Counted from the stretch's first letter, positions 37,269 to 50,449 are shown. The stretch: DNA of 64,000 nt from Zygnema circumcarinatum SAG 698-1b (GCA_037447605.1 CM074808.1:2294001-2358000), one strand, 5' to 3'. Notes: a model not told the origin generated them from the sequence alone. Numbers and translations: made by a program.

Positions 37269-40200
37269 TCACTTGGTCACATGATAGGAATAGAGCAGCG
37301 CCCCCTCCACGCCGTGGAAGTCCGCGTGCAACCACGTGGGGGCAATGCCCATGGCCACAAAGCCCTGCCCGTTGTGGTCAAACAGGAGGCCGTCCTCTGG
37401 AACAGCGTCCTTTTGCGGGCGGTAACACTTTGACCCGGCGCCACTTGTCAGCAGCGGAATGGGGCTGCGGCACCACGAGGGAGCACCGTTCAACATGAGT
37501 TGTCCTTCAGAGTCGCAGCAAGGAAGATGATGAATTCAAGGGTCTCACCGAGACTTCAGCAGAGCATAGGAACTGGAATAGGGACTAGTGGCAGATTGGT
37601 TACAAGGCCCTTTACTGACTGCTCACCTGTCCAGCCGCTTGATAAGCTCTAGTGCGTGATCGTGGCCATTAATGTACATATCAACATGATTGTCCTGAAG
37701 CGAGGCACAGATCGGCACACAGAGCGAGTAAACAGGCGCATTCTAAAAGCTCAAATGGCCGCACTTTCACTTCTCTATGCTAGGCATCAACCAACCAAAC
37801 TCCTATGGTAAGCCACAACAGCTGTTGAAATGCCCTGCTGGCTAAACGACTGTGACTTGTCTAATTGGCAAAAGCACAGAGGGTGATCTTGACAACTGTA
37901 AGCTGCATTCCCATAAAACAGCGGAACCAAACCGCAGCAAAGAGGCGGGGTTAAAGAAACGTACCTCCAGTACTGGTAGCAGAGTTTCGATCAGCTCTAT
38001 TGTATCTCCATGGTCGCCCATGCTACGGATAGGATGATGTCCAATCACAAGCTTCCAGGTTGCATTTGAAGATAAAAGAGACGCTTCTAGAGCCTGCAGG
38101 CACATGTGAGCCCAAATACCTTTATAGCTTTCTCTGCATGCCAAGATACACTACGCCGTTACACTGCATGTCCGACAGTGGCAAGTTCTCAGATAGGCAA
38201 ACGCCCAAGGGGAACGTCAATAGACGAGAAACATCAACTTATGAGCTTGTCAGCTTTAGCAGAGCAAGGTATAGACTGTCAGCTCAAGGAAGCATCCAGA
38301 GACAAAGACTTCAACTGTTGAGTCAAAGAAAGTACAAACCTCCAGAGATTGTGTAACCTCCGTCTCACGTGTGCCCAAACCTGTGAAATTCAGAGAAGAA
38401 TTCCAATAATCTGTTACGAATGGATTTGTGTCGATGAAGAAAAATTCTGCGGTCGCATTGCAGTTACCTGCGTCACCGCACAACTCCAAACACTCAGTAT
38501 TTCCATCTCCAACACTCCAGCGTGAGAGACTGAAACAGCCGTACATAACTAGCACCCAATCATATGTTCAGCTCTTCAATGAGAATAAACTTGTACCAGT
38601 TCTAGCGACGGAAGGAAAGTTGTTTAAAAACTTGCACTGCACCCGCATCTGAGACATAAACGGATTTTTGATGGTCTGCACAACCTCAGTTCAGCAGCAA
38701 AGACCTACAATAACGACCAACGGCAAAGAAACGGCCGCTGACCTTCGGGAATAGGACAGACACTGCGAATGATAGAGTATTTCCGTTCGCAGTGCCATCG
38801 CGGGTCACGCAGCTTCAATGCAGGGTCTGTCTGCACTGCTGCTACTTGTACGTAGTCGTGATTGCCAAGAACTGCAATTCCTCAATGCCATTCAGACATT
38901 AGAGAAACATCACATCGAAATGACCGGGATAGGTTGGGCCGTCAAAAGCATTCAGCCATACGAAAAGACCTCACTAGCCTGCGTCGCGTGCATTAGGTAC
39001 CTTCTCGTGTCAAAGTGTTTGGGAGAAAGTACATGCTCCTAAGTGCTGGGTGAAAGAGTCAAATGAGACTCATGGAGGTGCTCTAATGAACTGGACATTG
39101 TTGCGTAAAGGATACGTGTACAGAGGCTTGGATTGTGAACTTAAACTCGTGGATTTTCTTGAAAATTTGATTTTTTTGGAACCGTGGCTTTCCATTAGTG
39201 CTGCTTCAGACGATTGAACTCTAGCCTCGCCGGAAGTGTGTGATCCTAATTAAGTGATTAACTGATTAGTAAATTCATAAAAAATGGAGATCAATATGCC
39301 TGGTTGAAAGGATTCGACTTTGATGCCTGCATTTGGCGAGAGGCTGGCCATAACGCAATGCTTCTCATCCACTGTTTTCAGTAACTTATTGGAACCAATG
39401 CAGAGGAAGCAGGAGTTCGAAATTTTCTTTATGTAAATTGCAATGAAATGACATCTGAAGCTAGTTGACCTTACCGGCATACCACAACGTCTGAAGACTA
39501 CGCGCTGTATAAATGTTGCTGAAGGAGCTCTCAAACAATGGATCTTCAATGCTGCTGAGGCCATGCTCATAGAAATTGTCTCCTGTGGAGATGACGAAAT
39601 TGACATTCAGTTGCTCTGCAATAATGCCCATCTGCATCATAGCAAGCATCAGTCAGGATTTCTAATCTAAAGTTGTGAAACATAAAGTAAGCCACGAAGT
39701 GCTTCGAAAGGGCAAAGAGCAATGGAACCGGGTTCACAAAAAAAAGGAGTCCCTTCACACTCATTCATGCAATGCCGATGGATGTCACTTGTTTAGAACT
39801 GCACACGTCACACGATGATGTATATACTCAAGTCAACCTGGCAATCCGACGTACGAACTGCCACGAAACGTCCATAGAAATTATAACGACCATGTAAGCA
39901 AATAGCCTAAAAAACAAAAGGTATGTTGAAGAGAACATCCAAGAGAGTCTAAACTCGATACGACAACTGCAATTTGTGACTTGGTTCAGATATGCAGCAA
40001 ACAACTTTTAAAAATCACGCACTTGGTCAATAAGGAGACAAAAATGCAACAAGTGTGGAATAATGCAAAGTTTCCAACGAGCGAAAATGTGCGCTTCACT
40101 CTGTTTCCCACCATGGCAACGTGGCAAATGTGTACCGACCGTTTCGGCTACGACAGATTGGTTGTACTGCCCTTCGCGGCCCCAGTCTCCAACCACCAGA

Positions 40201-40376
40201 AAGCGCAGAGGCGCAGCTGCGGCTTCCGAAGCCCTGTTCCGGGAGGCAGGCAGTGCACGGGCGATGAGCACACCAGCGCAGACGCCAAGGAAAGCGAGTG
40301 CTACCAGCTTCAAGCGCACCAGCCACGGATTCTTTTGCGCCATCGCCTGTTGCCATTCAAGCAAACGCATGAATGA
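37269..40376 (-). CDS. Purple acid phosphatase (small, ACP5/PAP17-like metallophosphoesterase) with N-terminal hydrophobic anchor. Exons approx. 40376-40140, 39631-39475, 38871-38743, 38467-38340, 38093-37965, 37694-37627, 37464-37269
   Basis: All five metal-ligand motifs present: GDWG, GDNFY, VLGNHDY, VIGHH, YINGHDH. Also AEFFFIDTNPF and TSGAGSK. The start codon could instead be the downstream MAQKN ATG. Confidence 0.92.
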
Positions 40377-42026
40377 TTTGAGTGACAAACGTACAACAGA
40401 CAACTAATGAAGGGTACAGCCGCGGTTGAAAGAATTCCAACACTGCACTTTCCTATACTCCTGTAACGATCAGCATCCAAGAGCCATCTAATGCTTCGAG
40501 AGAACAAGAGCTATACGACTCCTGGTCATTGTCTCATGCATACTCTTTACAGTTACCTTTCCCGAAGTTAGCCCAATCTCTTCGCCTTCCGGTTGTGTCA
40601 TGGTCCTTGAAGCTGCGAGATGCAATGTAAAATCATTAAAAAGAATGAGAGGCAAAGTAATATGGTTGAGAAACGAAGGTATCTGGAGCGCAATAGGCAC
40701 AGCAAACCTATGCCACGAGGAATCCAAGCCCACTTTTTGCTGTTGGAACAGGAGGTGCTTGTCAAATATCACAAAGCTGTTAAAGCTAGAGGAACAAATT
40801 TCCACGCGGTGGCTGCATGTTCATACATGAGCAAAACTTTTCAATGGTTGCCAGCAATTGAGAATGACGCTTTTAAAGCTTACATTTAAAAAGCAATAAG
40901 AACGAGATCGACCAAGGCTTAGGGAGACATCCTGAGTAGCATGCAGAGACATGGGGCGGGATGCGCACCGGCCATGATCGATATTCCAGCGAGTGACTCA
41001 CGTCAGTGTGCAGGCAATTTATCTGCCGCTAATCCACACTCGTCTATTTATTCAGGCACCTGTGCCGCGTGCAGTTTTAACGGACAATGTTTCCTTCTTT
41101 CTCTTCTCTCCCTTGTCTCTATTTATTTTCAAATGCTATGGCAACCGCACGCCTCCCTCCCTCCCTGCCTGCAGGAGGGCCCGCAGTGTGTCCCTCACAG
41201 CGCCATGCGGAGTGCAGCAAACCGCGACGCTGACCGAACGGACGCCTCGGTTCAAAGACATCGTCACTTGACGTCCTGACGTCACTTCCAAAGTCGTACG
41301 GAGAATTCGTACTGTACCTTACAGAACCGCCAATACGCCACCAAGGAAAAGTATGGGCACCACACTGGTTGCCCATGAGCGAGGCATCAATCGCATTGTG
41401 AGAAGTTGCGCGCTTCAGAACCTGATTGACATTGCCCTGGGCGATCAGGTAAAGAGTGTTGAACGCCAGAAGCCTCGAGGATACCGCTTATGCAGACAAT
41501 CACTATGTTGTTATGTGCACTGAGCAAGGCACGATCAAGAAGACATCCCAAACAATTGACGTTCCAGAAGTTTGATCGTATGAAGGCTTCTCGTGAGGTC
41601 CATCAAAGTTAAGAATGGGGGGAGAGAGGGAAGATAGGTGGCAAGTGTTGGTGTGGGATAGTTAGATTTGTACTACGCTAAATTACTTGGTACGAAGTTG
41701 TTGGGGTGTGCTTTTAGTGGAATAGAATATTCATGTAGGTATTGCGTCACAGGACATTGCCTCGGGGGAATCGTAGTGTTAAAGTTTGCAATGGGGTGCT
41801 TCATTGTGTGCAGTTGAAGCTGGTGCTTGCAGACCTTGGATGAGCATGTCCAAGTATATCTAAGTTGTCCGCTTCTCGTAAATATATAACGAGTTTTCCT
41901 ATAAGGTTTATCTTGTGCACTCTCTTTTCTCTCTTCGCTCTCCTCTTCTCTTCTCTCTTTTCTTCGCTCTCTCTTCTTCTCTCCTTTCTCTGTTTGTAAA
42001 GCCGTGTTGTAAAGCCAAAAAGTAGA

Positions 42027-42072
42027 GTTCATGTACATACGATGACATCGCCATGGTGAGTGCAATCAATGC
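42027..42072. repeat. Short degenerate third copy of the inverted-repeat element's terminal sequence
   Basis: GTTCATGTACA..GATG..CATCGCCATGGTGAG....ATCAATGC aligns with the TIR core at ~20150-20195 (reverse complement) and ~21788-21849. Confidence 0.5.
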
Positions 42073-43273
42073 AAATTCATTTTAGGTCTTTAGGGTTTCT
42101 AAAAAATCCCCAAAAAACGTAAAATGAGGGGCTTTTGATGGTATTGAAGGTTAATCCCTCTACAGTCATATCAACACGTTCTTCAAATAAGCTATTTACG
42201 ATATTTAAGGGAAACCTCTATTTGAGGATGCCTGGGTTTGGCCCAAACCCCTTCCTGTTAGGAACCATCAAACCCCTCTGCAGCGTAGAGGAGCCAGTTT
42301 CAGAGGTTTGGAGTTTCCGTGCAGGCAAGCGCGGCAACTAGCGCCCATGTACGCGCACATGCAAAGCGGTCGGTGGCGTGCACGCGGGTGCCCGGCCATG
42401 CATGCAGACAATGGCTCGCCGTACATTGTAGAGCACTGGAGCCAATCGCAGAGTTCCACGTCACCTCTAGATTGCTAGCCATACAAACTCTTGAGCTCAT
42501 GGCCAAAAAAGGAGCTCTATTAGTAAGACCAGGATTTACTGCAGATATTGACAGCTGGGATGACAGTTGGTGGTAGTTTGACTCTTAGCGTCTACTTGCA
42601 AGGCGCACCCAGTCATCCCCATTGCCCAGCTTAGACAAACAAGCCTAGTAAAGAAACCCTTCATTCATAAATAAAACATTCCCCAGCCATTCCATGGCTG
42701 CAGTCAGCTTTACCATTGCAGCCACTGTCAATCTCTGGATACATTGCCTATTGATTCTGTCCTCAGCTAGAGTCTGTTGGCTTAGGCTAGAGGCACCACG
42801 GAAGGGGAGACCCCAGCACATGTTCGGCCGCCGAGGGGAGCCTGTTCAGATCCCCCACGTCTTCCGTTGCGCGTCCCTCGAGTTTCCCTCCCGGCCCCTG
42901 CCTCCATGCTGCGCCACATCCCCCGACACCTCTCTCAGTTCCAGTTCTGACCTCCCTGCAAGCGTGCAGCAAGCATCGCTCATGAGTTTGCGCTACAGTA
43001 CACCCCCCGTCCTGTGAGGCCGTACGGCCAGGCCCAACTCCAAAGTCCCAAAGTCCCAACTCCAAATGCGGCAACTCAACGCCCTAGATCGCCGTACGGC
43101 CGAGCGAGGCCCTTGCCACGGTACGGAGACCCCCCGGATCCCGGCGGGCGCTCTCCCGCGCGTGCGGGCCCCTCGCGGGAGAGGGCCACCGCCCGAAGCG
43201 GGCCCACCCGCCCGCGCTCCGGCCGCCGCGTGGCGGCGCGTCCCCAAGCTGACGGACGACCGCCCCCACGCCC

Positions 43274-43283
43274 NNNNNNNNNN
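43274..43283. other. Assembly gap (10 N) inside a poly-C tract upstream of the SCP1-like gene
   Basis: Seen directly. Confidence 0.99.
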
Positions 43284-43563
43284 CCCCCCCCCCCCCGGCC
43301 CCCCGGGCCCGGCCCGGCCTGGCCCGCGCCCCTCAGCGCGCCCCCTCGCCGCGCTCTTAGCGCACTCTCCGCCCCAGTGCAGGCCAGCCCTTCCCGGCCT
43401 GCCTCCAATTGCGACGCACAGAGGGCTGCAGGGGGAGGGGAAGGGGAGCTGCGAAGGGGTTCAATTCAACGTTTGGGACGGAGTTCGGCTTAATCGGAAG
43501 GGGTAGGTTACGAGAAGGGAGGGAGGGGTACAGAAGGAGGATAGCGAAGAGGGGAGGAGATTT

Positions 43564-44661
43564 ATGGGGGCATACGAGCTGCTTGCAGCCCAGACAGGCG
43601 CTATGTTTAGGTATGGCTGCCAGGTGGAGTACGTTGGCATGGTAGAGGCGGGGAAAGACGATAAGGTTCATAATCTGCAGCTCTGCCACGTGGCGAAACC
43701 AGAAGACTTGTCCCGGATCCACCCTCTGGAAGCAGAAGTGAAGGCAGGCTGCAGAATAGCAGGAGTGAGGAATTCAGCTGACGAAGGTGAAGGGAAGGGC
43801 GTGCACTCTGCGAATCAGGAGGACCGCTTTGAAGAGAAGCGCTCTCTCAGCTCGCAGAGAATGGCGGGAGCTACATTGCCAGCTAGCAGCAGCCCGGGCC
43901 GCCCTCCTGGGCGCGCAAAACTGTCGCTAATGCAGGAATTCATGGCGGGAGAAGACAGCAGCGCCAAGCTATGGCGGAGCATCCTCTACTGCTTGAAACC
44001 CAGCAGAGAAGGGCACCTTCATGGTTCAAAAAAGGGCAGCAGCCGGCCCCTCCTGGGCCCGATTCAAAGGAGCGCGCCGTCCCCGCCTCCTGGCGGGCGC
44101 AGCCTCCTCCCGCCCATGGCTGCGAAGCACGCGGGCAGGAAGACGCTGGTGCTGGACCTGGACGAGACGCTGGTGCACTCCTCCTTCAAGCCCGTGCCCC
44201 GCGCGGACTACGTCCTGCCCGTCGAGATTGAGCAGCGCGTGACGGACGTGTACGTGCTGAAGCGGCCCTGGGTGGACGCCTTCCTGCAGGCGGCGAGCGA
44301 GAGCTTCGAGGTGGTGGTCTTCACCGCGAGCCTCAGAAAGTACGCGGACCCGCTCCTGGACGTGCTGGACAAGTACGGGGCCATCACGCACAGGCTGTTC
44401 CGGGAGTCGTGCTGCTTGTTTGAGGGGAATTATGTCAAGAATCTGGCGGTGCTCGGGAGAAGCCTCAGCAGCACCATCATCATCGATAACAGCCCGCATT
44501 CGTACTTTTTTCATCCTGAAAATGCGCTTCCGATAAGCACATTCATTGACAGCCCTCATGATCGGGAGCTGTTTCAACTCATTCCTTACCTTCGTTCTCT
44601 CGCGGCTTCGACTGACGATGTTCGGGTACTCCTTGGCCGCCTTGATCGCTTTAAATGCTAA
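43564..44661 (+). CDS. SCP1/CTDSP-like small CTD phosphatase (FCP1/NIF HAD family), single exon
   Basis: TLVLDLDETLVHSS (DxDxT nucleophile motif), VLKRPWVD, FEVVVFTAS, YADPLLDVLD, RLFRESC, YVKNL..LGR, IIIDNSPHSY, DRELFQLIPYL. The true start could be a later ATG such as 43861, or upstream across the gap. Confidence 0.92.
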   Translation: MGAYELLAAQTGAMFRYGCQVEYVGMVEAGKDDKVHNLQLCHVAKPEDLSRIHPLEAEVKAGCRIAGVRNSADEGEGKGVHSANQEDRFEEKRSLSSQRMAGATLPASSSPGRPPGRAKLSLMQEFMAGEDSSAKLWRSILYCLKPSREGHLHGSKKGSSRPLLGPIQRSAPSPPPGGRSLLPPMAAKHAGRKTLVLDLDETLVHSSFKPVPRADYVLPVEIEQRVTDVYVLKRPWVDAFLQAASESFEVVVFTASLRKYADPLLDVLDKYGAITHRLFRESCCLFEGNYVKNLAVLGRSLSSTIIIDNSPHSYFFHPENALPISTFIDSPHDRELFQLIPYLRSLAASTDDVRVLLGRLDRFKC

Positions 44662-45083
44662 GCTTGTCTTGTATCCTTATTTTTTAATGTCACACCCTTG
44701 TAGCCACCAGAACAAGAGATGAAACCGGGGCGAACTGAAGGAAATGGGGGGGGGTTAATCCGCTACTCTTTTTCTTTTTGTATGTATGTTTATAATTGAT
44801 ACGGTCCTTGCTTGTACATCAGAGTTAGCATATCTATTCTCTAGGTAGAAATCCAAACAAGAGGTTTCTGTTGCCGTTGGGAGAATAAATGATTTCAGAA
44901 GAGCAGAGGAATCATATGAGACTGTGGCTGAGGTTTTCAGGAAGGGTCCATTTATTTTTTGTACAACACACTGGCGGTTTCCCGCTGTGTACATGTAAGT
45001 AGGAAATACGGGTAGAGGGGGGAGGTAGCAAGCCACAAGGCAGTTGACTTTTAATCCGGCGGAACCTTTACATAAAGAGGCTG

Positions 45084-45167
45084 AATCTTTTTGTTTGTTG
45101 CAAGCCACGCCATCGGCGGTGATTAATCTTTTTGTTTATTGCAAGCCACGCCATCGGCGGTGATTAA
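45084..45167. repeat. 41-bp tandem duplication (2 copies, one mismatch)
   Basis: AATCTTTTTGTTT(G/A)TTGCAAGCCACGCCATCGGCGGTGATT x2. Confidence 0.9.
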
Positions 45168-46222
45168 CGACTCTGTCCACCGGTTCCCTATGGCCATGTC
45201 AACTGCATTGCATGCATGTGCTTGATGGCTTGCTTTGCAAGTATGCGCTTATGTGTCTTTCTGTAGAGACGTAACTTCTATCTTGGTTCTCGTTGTAACT
45301 CTCGGCCAGCGGCTAGCGGGCAGCAAAGAGTGCGCCCCTCCTTCCAGCGAGTCGCGGCCCGCCCAGTCACTCAGTCAGTCAGTCAGTCAGTCACCCGCGC
45401 CTGTCCCTCCCTCCCTCCCTCCCTCCCCTCAGGCCCACCCACGTGGCTCCTCCGGTTTCTTTATTCTGGAGCTGCGAGCCCACCCGCCCGCTTGCCCCGT
45501 TCTGCTGCTTCTTTTTTCGAGCGAACGAGTTCGAGCTATCAAGATCGACTACTACAGTACTGGCTCAACAGAAGAAAAAGAAGAAGAAGAAGCGGACGGG
45601 ACGGAACTTTCTAGAAGAAGAAGGAGAAGCAGCAGCAGGCGGTGCGGGGACGGGACGGGGCGGGACGGGATGGGCAGGGAGGTCAGGAGGGAGGGAGGGA
45701 AAGGGAAGGGGAGGGGAGGGGAGGGCGACAGCGACAGGGAAGATCCTCGCGAATGAGAGCGTGCCACGTGGGTCCTACGTGGCCATACCATCGATCGCCT
45801 GCCCTCACTGCCACGCAAGCAGCGGCCACGTGGGAGCAGTCCTCTCTCGCACCAGTACATTTTGTCATTTAATTTTTAAATACACATTCGGGCCGTGCTC
45901 GCGCGAACATGGCTCTGGAACCGGGCCGGGGCTGCTGACGTGCGTGACATGTCATCCAAGGACCGTCCGTACACAACAGCTGACCCTTCCGTTTTGTCGC
46001 TTTGCGGTCGCGCCGCCTCGCCCGGGCCGGTGTCGGGCCGGCCGGCTGGAAGCTTCGAGGCTCGAGCCCGGGCCGCACATTTGCAGGGTGGCGGGCCGTA
46101 CCGTACGAACACCGTCGTTGCTGTGTGAACGTTTTGGAACAAAACGAGCGAATCCAGTCCTATTCGAGATAAATCCACACCAATGGAACTGCGCCACGTG
46201 GCATACTGGGCGTGTCCCGTGC

Positions 46223-46235
46223 TTCTAGAAGCTTG
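46223..46235. promoter_or_regulatory. Heat shock element upstream of HSP90
   Basis: TTCtaGAAgcTTg ~200 bp upstream of the ATG at 46439. A second HSE-like GAAcgTTttgGAA lies near 46127-46139. Confidence 0.55.
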
Positions 46236-46438
46236 CGTTGGCGCCGAGCATGGCGCCGCCTCTAAAGCGGCCGCTGAGGCGTCGCATGGCGGATTGTAAG
46301 AGTGAACAGAGAAGAGAAGGAGAGAGCGTTCTTACAGGGCAGGGAGGCAGGCGCACCGGAGTTGGTTATAGCGCACGTCACAGTATTATTCTTGGGTTCT
46401 ATTTTAGGCTGCAATCGTAGTGGTGCTTGCTGGAAGCC

Positions 46439-49400
46439 ATGGCTGCTGCCGACGTGCAGATGAACAGTGCTCCTGCTGAATCAGGGGAGGGCCCCTCGGA
46501 AGTGGAGACTTTCGCTTTTCAGGCTGAAATTAACCAGGTGGGTTGTTCATTCCTTGATAATTTTTTAGCCTTTCAGCAATCAAAATCTGCGTGAATAGTC
46601 TTCTTGCTTATTTTGCGTGATTTACTCCCGTGAATGCACCAAGTCCCAGCACAAATAATTCCAGCAACTTGATACCAACCCTATCTGACATGCAGCGTCG
46701 TTCGAGTTACAGGATCCTGAGATGAAGTTCTATTTCTGCTATAAGAATTTTGCTCAGCATTTGGTCCATTGCGTGTGCTTTCCTCGCTGTTGTGAAGTTT
46801 TTCTGTAGTTTTATCGTTGGATGCGGTTCTATTTTTTTATTGAATAAATAAACTCATTTATTTTAAATATACTTTCAAGAAACGAAACTGTTATTCGCAC
46901 TCCTTTTGACATGCGAACATGCTGCTTGTAGGTCATCGCTAATATCGATTACTTGCTATTGGCTGTTGGCACACATTGCCTAAAAAAAACTAACGCTTGC
47001 TCGAACCGGTCCATGCGTGCAGCTGCTGAGCCTGATTATCAACACCTTTTACAGCAACAAAGAGATCTTCCTGCGAGAGCTCATCAGCAACTCGTCCGAT
47101 GCTCTGCACAAAATTCGATACGCGAGTCTCACAGACAAGTCTCAGCTTGAGTCGCAGCCGGAGCTCTTCATCCACGTCATTCCGGATAAAGCAAATCGTA
47201 CCCTCACAATCGTGGACAGTGGCGTTGGAATGACTAAAGCAGGTATGCTGTCTGCGAGGAGATGTCAGACTACTCAACTTCTAATCAAAGAAGAATTCCT
47301 CCTTACGATATGCTAAAAAACACATGTTAGAGATTGAAGGGCAGGGTTGTTTGCCGTGCCGTCAATTCAGGATTTGCGTGTGTTACGCAGTCGATAGGAT
47401 GTCGCTTAATTACTTAATTTCGTTCTGGGGGAGTGAAGACCCCGTACCGATTTCGCTGAAGCGGCAGCCTTTCTTGTAGAGTCTGCAGCAATGGGTAAAC
47501 CGTGCTCCCTCCCCACTCTTTCCGCTGCGCAGACCTTGTAAACAATCTGGGAACGATTGCACGTTCCGGCACGAAAGAGTTCATGGAAGCATTACAGGCT
47601 GGTGCGGACGTCAGCATGATTGGGCAGTTCGGTGTGGGATTTTATTCTGCATATCTCGTCGCCGAGAGAGTCGTTGTCACGAGCAAGAACAATCTGGACG
47701 ATCAGTATGTGTGGGAGTCACAGGTGAGAATTACACCCGGGCTGAGAGCGGAAGAAAGTAGCTGCACACACCTCTGTGTTCTGTGCAGTGTTTTGAATGC
47801 TTAATTAATAAGTAAAAACTTGAAATTTTTCGTGTTGAAGAATCGCTGTCTATGTTCTCCCGTCGCTGCAGGCTGGCGGGTCGTTCTCTGTGAGGCGTGA
47901 CACCGAGGGAGAGCCTCTCGGCCGCGGAACAAAGATCACGCTCTACTTGAAGGAGGATCAGAGCGAGTACTTGGAGGAGCGGCGGCTCAAAGACGTGATC
48001 AAGAGGCACAGCGAGTTTATCAACTACCCCATCTCTCTTTGGGTGGAGAAGACGGTCGACAAAGAGGTCGAAGAGGACGAGGAGATGGAGGTAAGTAAAC
48101 CCTCTGTTTAAACTTAAAAAATGCTACATTTTCAATCTCGGAGTATTACGTTGGACTTTGGTTTGCGGATGCAGTCGATGATTCACTCCGTTTGGTTCAA
48201 TACGTTTTTGCAGGAAAAGCGAGAGGACGAGGAGGAAGGGAAAGTGGAAGAGTTGGAGGAGAAAAAGAATGAAAAGAAGAAAACGAAGAAGGTGAAGGAG
48301 GTGCGGCATGAGTGGCAGCAGGTGAACACTCAGAAGCCGATCTGGATGCGCAATCCGGAGGAGATCAGCAAGGAAGAGTACGCGGCCTTTTATAAGAGCT
48401 TGACCAACGACTGGGAGGAGCATCTGGCCGTCAAGCACTTCTCAGTGGAGGGCCAATTGGAATTCAAGGTGCGAGTCGCAGGAGGGGAGAGCATCCTAAC
48501 AGCGGAAATGGGTGAAAACACACCATAAATTAGCCCGGTTTCTTTGCATTCACGGTGCCCTTGCAGGAGAAGTTGACATGTGTGCGGGTGGGCGGCAGGC
48601 GTTGCTCTTTATTCCAAAGCGTGCGCCGTTTGATCTGTTTGAGGGGTCGCGGAAGAAGCTTCACAATGTGCGGCTGTACGTGCGGCGGGTCTTCATCACC
48701 GACGACTGCGAGGAGCTTGTGCCGGAGTGGCTCAGCTTTGTGAAAGGGGTTGTGGATTCCGAGGACTTGCCACTGAACATTTCTCGGGAGATGTTGCAGC
48801 AGAATAAGATTCTGAAGGTGGGTGCAGCAGTGGGTCGAGGCAGGGATTTTGTTGCAACTTTGGCATGCTGTGCCCTTCAATCTTGTGCATATTATGAAAA
48901 AAAAGGATGATGACATGAAGTGTTGTTTGACTGCAGGTGATTAGAAAGAACCTGGTGAAGAAGTGTATTGAAATGTTCCACGAATTGACTGAGAACAAGG
49001 ACGATTTCAAAAAGTTCTACGAGGCCTTCTCAAAGAACATCAAGCTGGGAGTCTATGAAGACTCGCAAAACCGAGCGAAGCTGGCAGAGCTTCTCCGATT
49101 CTACTCGACGAAATCTGGTAAGACTCGCATGAGAGACACGCCTGTTTCACTGCTGTTTCCACCCCTGTGAGCAGGTCCTCCGCGGTTATGAGGGTGTTTC
49201 ACTTAAACTTCATTACTTTTTCCCCTCCTGCAGGTGCCGAGATGACGGGTCTGAAAGACTACGTGACGCGAATGAAGGAGGGGCAAAAGAGCATTTACTA
49301 CGTCACGGGTGAGAGCCGAAAGGCGGTCGAGAATTCGCCCTTCTTAGAGAGGCTGAAGCAGCGCGGGTTGGAGGTGCTGTTCCTGGTCGACCCCATCGAC

Positions 49401-50449
49401 GAGTACGTGGTGCAGCAGCTCAAAGAATTCGACTCCCACAAACTCGTGTCCGCCACTAAGGAAGGGTACGCCCTCAGACACTCAGCTCGTTGTTTCTTAC
49501 GCAGCAGAACCCCTTGTCCACACAACAGATTTGCAGTGCATTTGTGTTGTGAAGCTGTGTCTGATGCGATGACGATGTATTGGGGAGAACAGGCTGAAGC
49601 TGGACGAGACGGAGGAGGAGAAGAAGGTTCGAGAAGAGCGCGCGAAGCAGTTCGAGGAGGTGTGCCGCGCGATGAAGGGCATTCTGGGCGAGCGCGTGGA
49701 GGCGGTTCGCACGAGCGAACGCATCGTGGCCTCGCCGTGCGTGCTGGTCACGGCCGAGTACGGATGGACAGCCAACATGGAACGCATCATGCGCGCGCAG
49801 GTGCCTGCAGTTTTCTTCTCAGATTTTTCGCCTTATGCTTTTCGCCATGCTAGGGTTTTTCTTTTCCGATCTACTTCTCTACTGGGATTCGAGCGTGAAA
49901 TTTTCCTAGGCACAGGGAGCGGCGACATAGGGACATATTTTTAGAGATGATATTCACATTTCTCGATCGAAGACTTGGTGTGCAGGCATTAAAAGACGAC
50001 AGTAGCTTCCAGTACATGAGCTCCCGCAAGACCATGGAAATCAATCCGGAGAACTCGATTATTCAAGAGCTGAAGCATCGTCTTGAAGTGGACAAAAACG
50101 ACAAGACTGTGCGCGATCTCGTGCTTTTGCTGTACGACACTGCCCTCCTCACGTCCGGGTTCTCACTGCCTGAGCCTCCGGTGAGTCTCTTCCTGCGCCC
50201 TGTTTCGAAACTAACTCAAAACTTTCCTTTGCATTGACTTTTTGCAACACTGCTTGACTAGAGTCGGCGTATTAATAGAAATTGTGTTTTTTTGGTGACA
50301 TATTTGCGCAGACATTTGCGAGCCGCATCCACCGCATGATCAAGCTCGGGCTGAACATCGACGAGGCAGAAGGAGAGGGCCTGGATGCGGAACCCGCAAC
50401 TGTTGCCAGCGCGGAAGAGGAGGAGAGCAAGATGGAGGAAGTGGATTGA
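46439..50449 (+). CDS. HSP90: Cytosolic heat shock protein 90. Exons 46439-46537, 47023-47242, 47533-47723, 47872-48090, 48214-48468, 48599-48817, 48937-49117, 49234-49465, 49593-49800, 49986-50180, 50312-50449
   Basis: [63 protein letters not shown], and the C-terminal MEEVD cytosolic TPR-binding motif. Confidence 0.97.

Noticed and set aside
41725-41732. P1BS (GAATATTC) phosphate-starvation element ~1.35 kb upstream of the purple acid phosphatase
   Set aside because: Biologically fitting, but a single 6-informative-base match over this distance is expected by chance.
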